64,000 nucleotides of DNA from Stylophora pistillata (Eukaryota). Within the stretch, counting starts at the first letter, position 1; each line of letters starts with the position of its first letter. Position numbers and translations under genes: made by a program. This document shows, piece by piece, positions 26,301 through 38,233 of the stretch. The notes under the pieces were generated by a model. The model made no database searches. It saw only the letters and a program-made list of their open reading frames with translations, and had not been told where the DNA came from. The stretch spans positions 861,856 to 925,855 of the forward strand of contig NW_019217797.1 in the NCBI RefSeq assembly GCF_002571385.2. Direction: 5' to 3'.

Positions 26301-27552
26301 GCTTTTTAGTTTCTTCACATTCTGTTTTAACTCTAGATGAAGTCAAATTAGCTCCCTTTGCAGGACCATTCACTGGAGAATCTTTTGCACTAGGTTCTAA
26401 ATTTTGTTTTGATTTGTTGATGACATCCTTCACTGAATTCTTGCTCACTCCATCTACAGTATCACCTCTGCCTTTGTCCTTAAATAAATAATCCTTGTTA
26501 GTCAAAAGTTTGTCTCTTGTGTCTCGGTTTACAGACTTGTCATCTGCTTTCCTTATGGTGTCATTTCTCGAAGAACTTGACCTCTGCCATGAGGCATTTT
26601 TGCTTCCAGACTTAAGACCTGATTGATGAACATTTGGGCTTCGAGGTGAACAGCGTCGCTGGGTCCTCTTTGGAGGTGTGCGACTTCTAATATTGGAGCG
26701 TGCCGGTGGAGGTGGTGACAAAGACCTGCTGCGTGGTCTGTTAGGGTTCCTCTGATTTTTCCTATTCCTTAACCCTGAATTCCTGAAGGGTGGTGATGGT
26801 GAATGACGTCCATATGGTGAGGGTGTTCGTCTCCTGCTGTAGGGCATGTAAGACCTGCCTCGGCTGTCATATGGTGAGAATTGTCCTATAGGTGAGCGAT
26901 ATGGAGATCTCTCTTGAGATCTGAACGTCTCCATGGGTGACCTCCCCCGTGATCCATAAGGAGGAGGTGATGGTGATCTTGATCTATGGCTGTAAGGAGA
27001 TCTTGACCAAACTTTCATCATTGGACTCCTACTTGGTGACTTAGGTCTGTAAGCTCTTGGAACATGAGGCGATTCAGAGCCTCGCCGCTTAGATACAGTA
27101 CGCATAGGGGAGTAGTGCCCGATTGTATCCCTGTTCGACAGCATTTTTGGAGATGGTGTCACGTCTTTCCATTTCGACCTGGAAACTGGCGACAAAGCGC
27201 CTCCCTCCATTAGCGGAAGATTCATGGGCGACTTGCCATGTTTCTTACGTTTTTTGCTTGATCCTTGTACTGTGCTATCCTTTCTCGACTTCTTTCGTTT
27301 GACACTAGGTTTTGATTTTTTCGACGCAACGGGCGAGGGGCTCCGTGAGATTGAGCTGTACCTTTGAACAGGCAACTGTTCGGTTTCTTCTGAAGCGGAG
27401 GAAATATCTTCGTATTGTTCCTTTAGCTTTTCAACTGAGGCCTCAGTTTTAGGGCGTTTTCTATGTTTCTTTTGCTTATGGGATGACTTTTTTCCTTTGC
27501 TATAGTTTCGAGCAGAAGGGCTCAATTCCTTCTCATTACGAGAACTGGGCAT
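20338..27552 (-). CDS. CDK12: Cyclin-dependent kinase 12/13 co-ortholog, 9 exons
   Basis: Exons 27552-25824, 25453-25283, 25125-24936, 23415-23359, 22829-22728, 22537-22460, 21967-21851, 21479-21348 and 21148-20338, all GT-AG and in phase. RS-rich and Pro-rich N-terminus, [38 protein letters not shown] and [12 protein letters not shown]. Confidence 0.96.
23525..23712. mobile_element. Old, CpG-decayed foldback Penelope-type pseudo-LTR in CDK12/13 intron 3
   Basis: GGCTGACATTTTGAGTGTTAACC...CTGACAAAGGGCTGACACTCAAAATGTGGGC...GTGGCCAATTTAC is the same family, with CG changed to CA/TG. Confidence 0.65.
23930..24811 (+). mobile_element. Non-autonomous DNA transposon with about 75-bp TIRs, AT TSD and decayed THAP domain (ISL2EU/PIF-Harbinger-like)
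   Basis: AT|AGTCCTTTTTACAGTTCCAGG...CCTGGAACTGTAAAAAGGGCT|AT. The interior reads HCATFNC...[12 protein letters not shown]...KRQHGKD...CSEH with stops, a THAP C2CH pattern. Confidence 0.8.
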
Positions 27553-27813
27553 CTTGATGAGAAGTTTGGGCTGAAATGCCACTACATTGTTCACTTAATT
27601 GAGAACTAAACCGGCAAAACAAAAGAAATATGAACTGCAATATATATCTTTTATAAGGAACGCATTTTCGTGAAACAGGGAGCGAGATGAAATTGGATTG
27701 TGGTAATGATGTTTTTCTCTGTCGCCGGCGCCATTTTGGATTGTGGAGGCATTCAGGCAAATTATTTTGCGCATGTGTCCCACGCATAAATTATGTTAAT
27801 TCGAACTTCGAAC
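27553..27813. promoter_or_regulatory. Bidirectional CpG-rich promoter region CDK12/13 <-> YAE1
   Basis: Start codons lie 261 bp apart and diverge. YY1-type motifs point outward (AAAATGGCG on minus at 27729-27737; AACATGGCG on plus at 27811-27819). An NRF1-like TGCGCATGTG lies near 27768. Confidence 0.7.
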
Positions 27814-29772
27814 ATGGCGGATGTGATGGACGAACAGGAAGAGGTGTTTCAGGATATGGAATATACAGATATGGACTACAGAAAGATGAGACAAAGTCAG
27901 GAAGCGGTAATATATATCTTAATGGTGCATTAAAAACTAATTCCTAAATTTGGTTGATCTAAGAAAGTTAGACAAATTCTCAAAGTCATAATTTCCAATT
28001 TCCCTCGTTCCTGACGTTCCAAATGTCCTTGGAGGTGGAAACCCGGCTATTACCCTGGCTGATGGGACATCTCTATGCTGAGAGGAGATTTCTTACGTTT
28101 TCAAAGGCTCCCTCAGAATGATGGTTCGCTTTTATGTGGCTCTATATTCTGAGGGCTCAGTATCAGTATTTCTACACCCAGCCGATTTCTCTTCAGTTGG
28201 CCCGTTTGTTCTCGCTCTTTTCCTTTTTCTCTTTCTGTTTTCCCGCATTTTCCCATCGTTTCCAAGAGTACATTTTCAGGGTAAGTAGCTTTGGTACGTT
28301 ATAAATTTAGTATTTGCATTTCACAGACGGGTTATCTGATGGCTCAGGACTGCAATTACATTATGATCATCTGATGCTAACTAAAAAATAAGGATGTGAT
28401 AATCCCTTAAATATTCCTATTTCCATCGAATAGTAGATTCTTGGAATATGTTGCCTGTCGACATTCGCACTGCAAATTGTTCTGGGAATTTTAAATTTAA
28501 AAGTGAAGAAGTTTCTTACGGCTAAATCATGATTTTATTTTTCTTTATTACAACATAGTATCTCATTCGCACTATATATATATAGGGTGATCTGCTGTTA
28601 CATGGGGTCTGGGACTCTTTTGCAGATTCTCCTTCTGGCATATTTTTTTTTAATTAATTAACTGTATCATACCTGCACCTGTGTATTTCTGCCATTAAAT
28701 TGCTATAAATAAATAAAAATAAATGCAATTGCAGTGAGTTATATTATTTTGATGCACTTTTCAATAACAATCAAATCATGATGTTGGTGATACAGAATTG
28801 AAATTTCGATCGTTTTATGCTGCAGTCAAACGTGTTTCAGACCTGTTTTCCAACCTCTTTCCTGAAATTTGATCAGAGGACTTCAACCCTTTCTTCTATT
28901 TGCTTTTAGATGTCTGCTACAGTAATGAATAAAAGGAACATGAAGCAAAATACCATGTTTGGCTCTTTATCTCAGAATTTGCATCTTAATGAAGGGTGCC
29001 TTGGAATAAAAATGTTAATTTTTTTTTTTAAGGCTGGGTACCGTGAGGGTATGGAATCTGGAAAGGAAGCCAGTTTACAACAAGGTTTCAATGAAGGATT
29101 TATTTTTGGAGCCAGTGTTTCAAGGGAATGGGCAAAGCTTAGAGGAGTCTTGAGGTAAATCATGTCCATACATATCCTTAACAATATCTTTAAGTCGCTC
29201 TACATCTTCACTTTACTCATTCTTGTTATTCATACAACAGTGCTCTGATGTTATTTGCGAGTTCAAATTATGTGCAAGATCCTCATCCAAACATCACAAA
29301 TGAAATCACAGAACTACTTGCAGTGGTCTGCCAAATGGAGAAGGAAGCTTTAAGTGCCCAAACTATGCAAGATCCTATACTGGACCAAATGAACCCACAA
29401 GGTCAATGTTCTTTGAAAAGTTCAGAAACTGGAGGTGCCTCTCTTACTCATCACAAAGTGGGAACTATGAACAGAACTGTAAATGAACATGAATTATTGG
29501 CAGCATTTGAAATGCTTGGTACACAGGATGGCATTACTAATGGTATAATAAAAGATTTAAGAAGTAGATGTAAGCAAAGTAAAGACAGTGAAGGAGAAGG
29601 ATGTTCCCAAGACTCAGTTATGCCTGAAAAATCCTTCAACTGTAACCAGCCTCTAGTGGAGACATCTAAGATCAAACGTAATGACATGGAACATTTGTGG
29701 ACTAAGATTGTCTCATTAGCTGATAGAATTGGTGTCAATAAACAAAAAACACTTGATTTGAAAAACATTTAA
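27814..29772 (+). CDS. YAE1: YAE1 maturation factor of ABCE1 (Yae1 domain protein), 3 exons
   Basis: Exons 27814-27906, 29033-29154 and 29241-29772 are in phase. The GX3-repeat motif AGYREGMESGKEASLQQGFNEGF..G...WAKLRGVLSAL is the Yae1_N signature. Confidence 0.9.
28435..28723 (+). mobile_element. 3' fragment of a non-LTR retrotransposon in YAE1 intron 1
   Basis: WNMLPVDIRTANCSGNFK motif typical of CR1/L2-group ORF2 ends, followed by a 3' UTR and (TAAA)n tail. Confidence 0.55.
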
Positions 29773-29992
29773 TAAGCTTTCTCAATAAAAATAATATTAA
29801 TATTCTCGTATTTTTCGAGTAATGGCATGAAATCAAACACCTTGTAAAGTCGTATATGAGCACGATCACACATATGTTTCATATGTTTGTTGTTACCTTG
29901 TAAAGTGTTCATCTTTGAAAACCCATTCACAAGCAGTTCAATGCTGTGTCTGGCTGGTTTGATCTGTTTTAAAACTCAGAGAAAACAGAAAA

Positions 29993-30238
29993 GCTGGCTG
30001 GACCAATACTCATGGTCTCAAAATACCTGAGGAGAATTTGCTACCTTTCTATAGTCAAGAAATGGATAGATATTCTAGTCTTCTCGGATAAGGACGAATA
30101 AACCGTTGGCCCCGACTCCTGCAGGGTTAGGGGTAGGAGATGTTAATTTCCCCATGCACTAGATTACTGTGTGGTGGATGTCCTCCCTTGGGTGGGATGG
30201 GTGGTGTTGGCCCCGAAAAGCCCCTATGGGGAGCAGTC

Positions 30239-30288
<50 letters not shown>
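29993..30288 (+). mobile_element. 5'-truncated SINE of the 12217 family with a different 3' tail ending in (ATGT)n
   Basis: GGACCAATACTCATGGTCTCAAAATACCTGAGGAGAAT...GTCTTCTCGGATAAGGACGAATAAACC matches 12298-12405. The tail is GGCCCCGAAAAGCCCCTATGGGGAG plus about 12 ATGT units. Confidence 0.8.
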
Positions 30289-30291
<3 letters not shown>

Positions 30292-30394
30292 GCCAAGGCA
30301 CAGAGAAACACAAGCTGAATTGGACCAATAAATGCTTGAAAAGTAGTTTTTAGTGAAAAAATTTTCTTAATTCATATTTATCAAATCAAAGTGA

Positions 30395-30700
30395 ATTTAC
30401 CACGTCTCTACCACTGAATTTACCAAGTCTTCTTCTGCGTCGTGAGTCCTTGTGCTCTAAAAGTTTTTCCAAGTTAACTAGTCTTGCTAATCCAGGTTTC
30501 ATGCCCCTCGTCCCCACCCGGCGCTGTGATGCTAATGACTCCCCTATTCCTTTGGGCAACTCTTCTAATTTTACACTCGCAGCAGTATGTACCGAGCATT
30601 TCAAGTGTAGCTTTATTCCATCTATGCTTTTTAGACAATAAATAGTGTATATTACTTCATTTTTAATTTATTAGGTTACCTTTGATTGTAAATATATATA
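30395..30700 (+). mobile_element. 3' fragment of a CR1/L2-group LINE
   Basis: The plus frame LNLPSLLLRRESLCSKSFSKL...CTEHFKCSFIPSM resembles the ORF2 C-terminus of the LINE at 1368 (GLPKLHERREKI...KTERLKNIFI). Confidence 0.55.
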
Positions 30701-31490
30701 TATATATATAAAGTGTGACTTGATTTTCGTAGAACAGTGCTCAATGCATAGAAGTAGAGCGAAGTATATGTTGTGGGAGGAAAAAGNNNNNNNNNNNNNN
30801 NNNNNNNNNNNNNNNNNNNNNNNNNNNNNNNNNNNNNNNNNNNNNNNNNNNNNNNNNNNNNNNNNNNNNNNNNATGATATTGATGATATTGAATAAACCT
30901 ATCATATATATAAAGTAAAATTATTTTACTGGCTCTCTCTGTTGCTTGATATGTTATTTGTAGACATATTAATTTCGTTAATAGATGCACAAATATTACA
31001 GTCCCAGCACAGGGTGGATTTTAACTCTCTTCCAGCTTAAGAGAGACAAACAGGAACAAATCCTTTCATAGTCACTGTGGAATAATGAGTCTCTAATTTG
31101 TGGTTTAAAATGTTGTATGTGCTGCTATTTTGGTTATCATGTATTAACCCATGGAACTAATAGTCAAGGGTAGTCCAGTTGTCAGAACAATAACAGTCAA
31201 GAAAAATACTGAATGTAAAACTACCTTTATTTTAAAATTCTCACCCATGGAGTGAATAAAAAATCAACAAAAACTAAAGCCAAATAATTTACCTTAAATA
31301 TTTACATTTCTCAGTCAACACTAATTCCATTACATGGAAAAATAGCACAAATACTTTTGATTTAAGATAAATTATTATTATCTATCTGATGCTCAAGCTG
31401 ACAATGTTGTCTTCTTAGGAACAGATATTTGTGTATATGTCACCAACTTAACACGGTTACTCTTATGAGTAAACACAAAGTAATTTCTCT

Positions 31491-34400
31491 TCACTCAAAT
31501 GCTGGGAACTTTGATGAGTGAGGTTCCAGTATATCAGCTAAGAAGTAAACTGTGCCAGCCATCCCTGGAAAAACAGATTATTAACTCCAAAATGAATAAG
31601 AAATGTTATTAAAAACTAATTGGATTTTTGATTTCCCAAATTACGTACCTTTCAAGGTCTAAAATGGAAGGTCAATTGGTCTGGTACTAATCTTCGGTCA
31701 TCAAAAGTAGACAGTATACACTTCTCATTAATTTACTTAATTCTGCTTTGTCAAACCAAGATTCATAGAGAATCCAATCCATGCCTCCAAGACTATTATA
31801 TTCTAAGGGCAATTACCATGAATGGATAAATACCTTACTGTCCAGTTGTTCTCCAGTCCCACCACATCACATGTAAGTACATTTATGAAGGGTGCAGAGG
31901 AACAAACCTAGCAGCAATAATCTATCTGAATGATACATGTAGATGCAACTCATGTTAACCTACCCTCAAACAATGAGTAAGGGCGGTCTGGAGTGCGACA
32001 ACCATGTTCACCATAATCAAAACACCATTCTGCAAACTAAAACAAAAGTATTAACAGTAATTAAAACAATTTTTGCCTTGTACAAGTTATGTGGCCAGGT
32101 CACTGTGGGTCAAACCTGAATAACAGTGTTTGCATGCAGTTGAAATTTTTTTGTCAATTGAAACTGGCCTTAGAGAACACTATACCAGCCCTATAGAGTC
32201 CTTGTTGATGGTGAACTGGTCTTCAAAAATCACAAGCTTTACCAGCATTCCTGCCTGTTCTTTTATAATAAATTTGTACCTCACACCAATCAGTAGTGTT
32301 CAAAGCTGCAACCTACCTTCAGGGCGTGGTGGAGGTACCTAGAATCTCCAGTCTGCTTGTATAAACACAAAAAAGCATAAGCATTCCCTGCTACACCATG
32401 GCATATGCCATAGCCTTTCTTTAGTAAACCTCGCCTCCAAATTACATCTCCACACTTAACAGCTGCACTCAAGTACTTGTCTTTTCCAAAGACCTGTTGG
32501 TAATAATTTGCACCCTCAAGTGTAGCAAGATAGTTTCAATAACTTGATATAATTAGGTTAAAAAAAAAACAAAAACAAACAGTTGAGGTCAATTGAGATG
32601 AATTTACCTGGTATGCTTTGACCATAAGGTGGACTGCCCCAGGAGCTCCATGGCACCAGTGGATAAGCTTATCGGTGTCATTCTCAAGAGAGGAGGGAAA
32701 GTTACCAGATGAAAACTGCTCTGACATAAGAAACTCAACACAGCTCTCGATGTTTCCCAAGTTAGATTTTACTGAATGGGTTGACAAAGTCTTGCAATTC
32801 GTAAAAAGATCAATATCCAAATTAATTTTTGAATATTTTTTATCTTAACATCAATTCTTAGTTTCGTGTTATAAAGATTATGGGCAGATTGTGCTACATA
32901 AACATACCCAATATAAGCATTGTTAAAAAGAAAAAAGTTATATACCTTTAGAAAAAAGAAAAAAAAACAGCTGTCATTTCACTTTTGATATGTCCCTCCC
33001 TCCCTGGAATGCCGCTACAATGGCACTTTCCTCTGTTTCCAAGCTGGCCATTGTAGAGAGAATTAAGTTGATTAAATGGATTTCAGGAAAAAATTATGAG
33101 ATCACCATTATAGCAACAATAGTGTAATTCTAGGAGGCAAAGTCATGCTCACTTGCAGTAACATGAACAGGATTCCAACAATACCATGTGCTGCACCAAC
33201 ATAATGTTTGTGGTGCCATGTGTACATTAAGGGTGATCTGCTCCTCTCATGCTTTGCAAGCCTTTCACCAGAATCTAAAATAGCTTGACAGACCTACAAT
33301 GTCATGACAATTCATTAGAATATACTTTTTTCTCAAAATTATGGATATTACTAACACTCTATTTCATTTATTCATGACTTTACTAAAATGAGGTTGTCAA
33401 GCAGAGTGGTTGAGGGGCCTGACTTTTACTTTGATTGGTTAGTCTAGTATCCTACATTGCTAGATTTTTTCCTTTCCCTAAGTTCAACTCTTTTGCCCAA
33501 CTCTGTAAAAAGGTGGCTGATTGGGTTACATGGCAGTTCACTACAAATTCATCTTCATCACTTTTGGAGTATTTAATTGTATAATTGTTTTCCTTGGCCC
33601 TAAAAAGCCCTATCTGTGAGTGTGGCCAATAAGGCTTACAGTTGTACTTCAAAAAAAGGTAAATTACATACTTTAAAGTTTTAAAGTTGACAAAAGTTCA
33701 GTCGACTCTTACAACAAAATGAGCAGGTAAATATAGATACAATGAGTGCAGACAATATTCAATCGATCTGCCTAGCCTAACAGAAGAATACTATCGATGA
33801 GAGTCCATGTGAAGTGAAAAGATGTTTAGTAATTACTCTGACTAGTGCAATTTGTGACAGTTATTTCAGTCTTCTAACCCATTCAAATAATTTTGAGGCT
33901 TCAGTGTCCAGAAACTTCTAAGATACGCCAGTTGTCTATTATTAAGGCATTAATCAGATATGATGAATAAATGAAGTTCATATATTTTGAACTGCGGTTA
34001 TAGATACGTATGATGCACGATCCTCGCAGTAGAGAGCCCTACTTATGCAATTAATCTTAGATACGCGTAGTTCATGTACCCGTATCTCCTCTACAATGAT
34101 ATCATTTCTAGGATCACAAAAAAAACTGAGAAGTTTATAAACTAATCACCTGGTTAATTGTACTGGCACTAATTTTCTCTTCTCCCAAGTGCTTTTGCAC
34201 AAACAGCAATGAAAATAAGTACCCTGCTCGACCATAAAGCACCTCATCAGGAAGAGAATGATCTCTGCACACATTATCTGACAGACTTAATAGCTTGTAG
34301 AAACATTTCTCACTCTTGTCTTTCAGACCCATCTTTGAATAAAGAACAGTCAGCATAGAGAGGACACCTAATCAGATAGAAATCAAATAGAAAATAATCT

Positions 34401-35565
34401 TTTCCCCCTGCTTGCTTAATATAGATCATTACTAATAATTAATTATCAGTATTACTTCACATCAACAAGATTGAATTTAATTTACCACTATTTAAAGTGA
34501 ACCCACCATCTCTCTTCTCCCCTGACCTCTCTATCCCTCATCCTAGTGGATTGGGGACAGGAGGGACCCTGGGAAGGAGGTTATTTTTCTGCACTCACAG
34601 TGGTACCTAATCCAATTTGGTCAGGGATGAGTTTGACTAATGGTCGTGGGTCGTGGGTACAAGTCGTGGGTGTGGGTGTGGGCGTGGGTAAAAGTCGTGG
34701 GTGTGGTTAATACTTAATAATAAAAATAACCATTTAAAATATTAAATATAATAATACATAAATTTTATACAACCCTGTCATTCATTAATTTAACTGTTCT
34801 TTCTTCTAGTTATTTTATTTTGTTTATTCAATTTACCCTACTTTACGTCTATTTTTATCTGTTATCTCACTGTCAATGAAATTAGTTTCAGTTTCGCGAC
34901 GCATTCCGAGATCTCGTTTGATAACAAAGGGAAGAGAGATAAATCTTGTAATTACACACTGTGTACACGTTTTTCGAGCTGTGCGGTCTGCGGTCTGCGT
35001 TNCTTTGTGTATACAGTGTGTAATTACCAGATTTATCTATCATTCTTTTGTCATTGATGTTGTCAGACGAGATCTCGGAATTTCTGTTCCTTGGCCCCTG
35101 ACTTTAGCCGCAAATATAGAATTCACGAGCGCTGTCGCAATTTTAACGTTATAGTACTTCTACTATATGAAATCATTTTTGGTACAATTGTACAAAGCAA
35201 CGCGGGTGTCTCGTTAACACAGACCTTGAAAACGCAGAACTCAGACCGCAGACCGCACAGCTCAAAAAAAGTGTACACAGTGTGTAATTGCAAGATTTAT
35301 CTCTCTTCCCTTTGTTATCAAACGAGATCTCGGAATGCATCGCAAAACTGAAACTAATTTCATTGACAGTGAGATAACAGATAAAAATAGACATAAAGTA
35401 GGGTAAATTGAATAAACAAAATAAAATAACTAGAAGAAAGAACAGTTAAATTAATGGATGACAGGGTTGTATAAAATTTATGTACTATAATTATATTTAA
35501 TATTTTAAATGGTTATTTTTATTATTAAGTATTAACCACACCCACGACTTTTACCCACACCCACG

Positions 35566-35602
<37 letters not shown>

Positions 35603-38233
35603 ATTAGTCAAACTCGTCAGGGATAACTTTGAGTGATAACAGAGGTAATTATGGTCAGTGATACATGATGCACTTGACTCTACTACTAATGATCAGAGCT
35701 GAAACTGACTTCACAACCTATGGTAAATCTAACCACAAACTGTCAGAATTCAAAATCATTTTGTTATGAGTTTGATTGCAGTACAGAAATAAATGAGGTT
35801 TAAATCGACTTCTAAATGAACAGATCAAATATTCTTTCCATTGATAGATCTCACCTGAATCTCCACAAATAAATGTCACCCTCTTCCCTCTTAGACTATG
35901 CTGGCTATGTTCAAGGATTTTCAAAGCCTTCTTTAGACATTCCTGCTTTCCACTATCCTCTTCCTTGAAAAGAGTGTTTGACAAATGCATCTAAAGAAGG
36001 GCCATACCTACAAAAAGAAAACAGAAACTGATAATGGAACTTTTTCTCTTTATCACATATCTGTACGTACATTTTGCCAACAAGTAGTTATGAATTTTTT
36101 ACGGTCATATACATAATTCCTCAAGGAGTTATACGCGTTAACTGTTATCCTACTTTCACATGTACAAAATATATATATCTTATTAACCAAGCGCGAGNNN
36201 NNNNNNNNNNNNNNNNNNNNNNNNGACTGAAGTTCAAAGGGACACAAGTGCGGTATCATTCGGGACCATTCGGGACAGTGCCCGGTCCAATACTTAGAGA
36301 ATATTGACCGGCAATAGAGCATTTTGATTGGTTGATTTTAGTTATTGGCCCTCTGACTGCCCGAGTCGTGTAATAAATTTAATATTTTGCATTGCAATGT
36401 AATACTTTAACTCACCTGCAGCACCTGTGTAGACAGAACAATCACGATCATCTTTGCTGCGCTCAAAACCTTCCTCACATTTTTTCAACAGTTTTCGAGC
36501 TTCACCTCTTATCCTTGAGTAAAAAGGCTCACTAATCTACTGACAAGAAAAGATTAGTGAGCAAGAAAAGGAAAGAGTTCCATATAGCCCCATACATTAA
36601 TTATGCATTCATTTCATATAGACTAAATATAAAGGTTTCTTTGCAACACTCTATGCATAATTAATGTTGGGGGTTGAAGCGTATCCAACGAGGGAAAAGG
36701 TTTCAATATCTTTACAACTCACGAGCACATGGCATTACTTGACAACCTCACAACAAACGTAGGGGGAGACTGGAACCAATACTACTCAGTCTCTACAAAT
36801 ACACCACATCTCCCCCTTTCTTGGACCGAGCTACCACGGAAATAACAACGAAGAAATGGGTCCGAGAACATAGTTCAAACAGTCCATGTAAAAACTCCAA
36901 CATTAACTAGAAATGTCTGATGACAACAGTTAAATGTACGGAAGTCCCAGCCTTACTTCAGATAGACTCTATTAGTCTATCTGGAGCTCTTCGCCCCCTG
37001 GAAGATCGGCGAAACTGGGTGGGGGCCGCTTCCACGAACTGGGGAGGGGCCGTCGCTGGTGCCTCCGCAGTTACTGCCGGTGTTACGTCCTGCTTTTGAT
37101 CCTGAGCTGAATCTGTTTCAGCTGATACACCTTCTTGGGTATCAGGTGGTACCTGGGGTTGTCCGGAAATATCCGACCTGACCGGAATAACCCATGGAAC
37201 CTCCAAGAACTTCAACATCCTCAATCCTGACTGGGACCTTAATAGCGGGGGTTGAGATCTCTGAGCCCTGTATTTTAGCCTGGGACGATTCATTTACGCC
37301 GAGAATAGCACCGAGGAATTCATCTTCAGTTCCCTCTGGATCCTGATCTCTGTGGCGCTGCACNCGCACGTCCCTGCGAGTTTTTTTAAAGTTCGCACAT
37401 ACTCAGAGATTGACTGACTTGGTTTTTGACAAGCTGAGTGGAACCGATATCTTTCTGCTACCGTCAAACGCGTAGGCCTAAAATGTCCACGAAGGAGTGT
37501 CGCCAGCTGATCAAATGTTTTCGTGTTGGGGGCATCCGGGAACGCTAAATCTTTCAATACTCTGTACGAAGTGCTCCCAATCGACGTCAGTAAGATCGCC
37601 CTACGTTTGGCTGCGTTATCCTCATCATCATTGATGTCATAAGCCGTGAAGTACTCTTGAAGACGCTCCAAATAACTCTCGATGTCTTCGGTTTCAGCGT
37701 CGAACTCGTTGAAAGGAGGTCTGCCTGCCATTCTCCCGACACTTTCTTCAGTGAAATGTAGTCGTTTGGACTTCTCGAACGTATTTCCGAATAGCTCTAC
37801 GCTGGACAGAGTTGCCTTTAAAGCCCACGCATGGGTTTTGGGAATCCTCGTCGCCACTGAAGCTTATTCAACGAGGGAAAAGGTTTCAATATCTTTACAA
37901 CTCACAAGCACATGGCATTATTTGACAACCTCACAACAAACGTAGGGGGAGACTGGAACCAATACTACTCAGTCTCTACTAATACACCACAGGGGTTTTA
38001 TGGAACTCTTGCCCATTATAATCGCCAACCTTTTTGGTACATTTGTAGCACAGTAGTTAATGCTGACTTTCACAATGGGAATTTTACTATTTCTTCGGAA
38101 CTCTTTTTTTTTTTTTGGTAAGCCAATATTCCATGTCATATTTACCTACCTTGCCATCAGAACGCTGCAAAATTGTCTTTCCGTCATAATCCTCAAATGT
38201 GTTCGCAAAATACCTCCTCTCTGAGCTCGACAT
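31491..38233 (-). CDS. LANCL2: LanC-like protein (LANCL1/2 co-ortholog), 9 exons; in-frame TAG in exon 3 in this assembly
   Basis: Exons 38233-38150, 36536-36416, 36007-35855, 34367-34150, 33293-33153, 32790-32608, 32493-32317, 32036-31964 and 31564-31491. Motifs SVYTGAAG, TFICGDSG, DEVLYGRAGY, YVGAAHG, HWCHGAPG, GICHGVAGN, RTPDRPYSLFEGMAG and FPAFE. TAG at 35993-35991. Confidence 0.92.
34629..35615. mobile_element. Foldback / Mutator-like element with about 370-bp TIRs and 9-bp TSD
   Basis: TSD GTCAGGGAT at 34620-34628 and 35616-35624; termini GAGTTTGACTAATGG...CCATTAGTCAAACTC; subterminal GTCGTGG/GTGGGT repeats; near-identical arms. Confidence 0.9.
36675..37991 (-). mobile_element. Gypsy LTR retrotransposon with short LTRs; pol missing in the assembly
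   Basis: 134-bp LTRs at 36675-36808 and 37858-37991 (TG...CA, 5 mismatches), 5-bp TSD GGGGT, PBS TGGCGACGAGGAT, PPT GAAAGGGGGAGA. Gag reads YLERLQEYF...AERYRFHSACQKPSQSISEY, and the integrase tail reads RRSSRGRRAPDRL. Confidence 0.93.
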
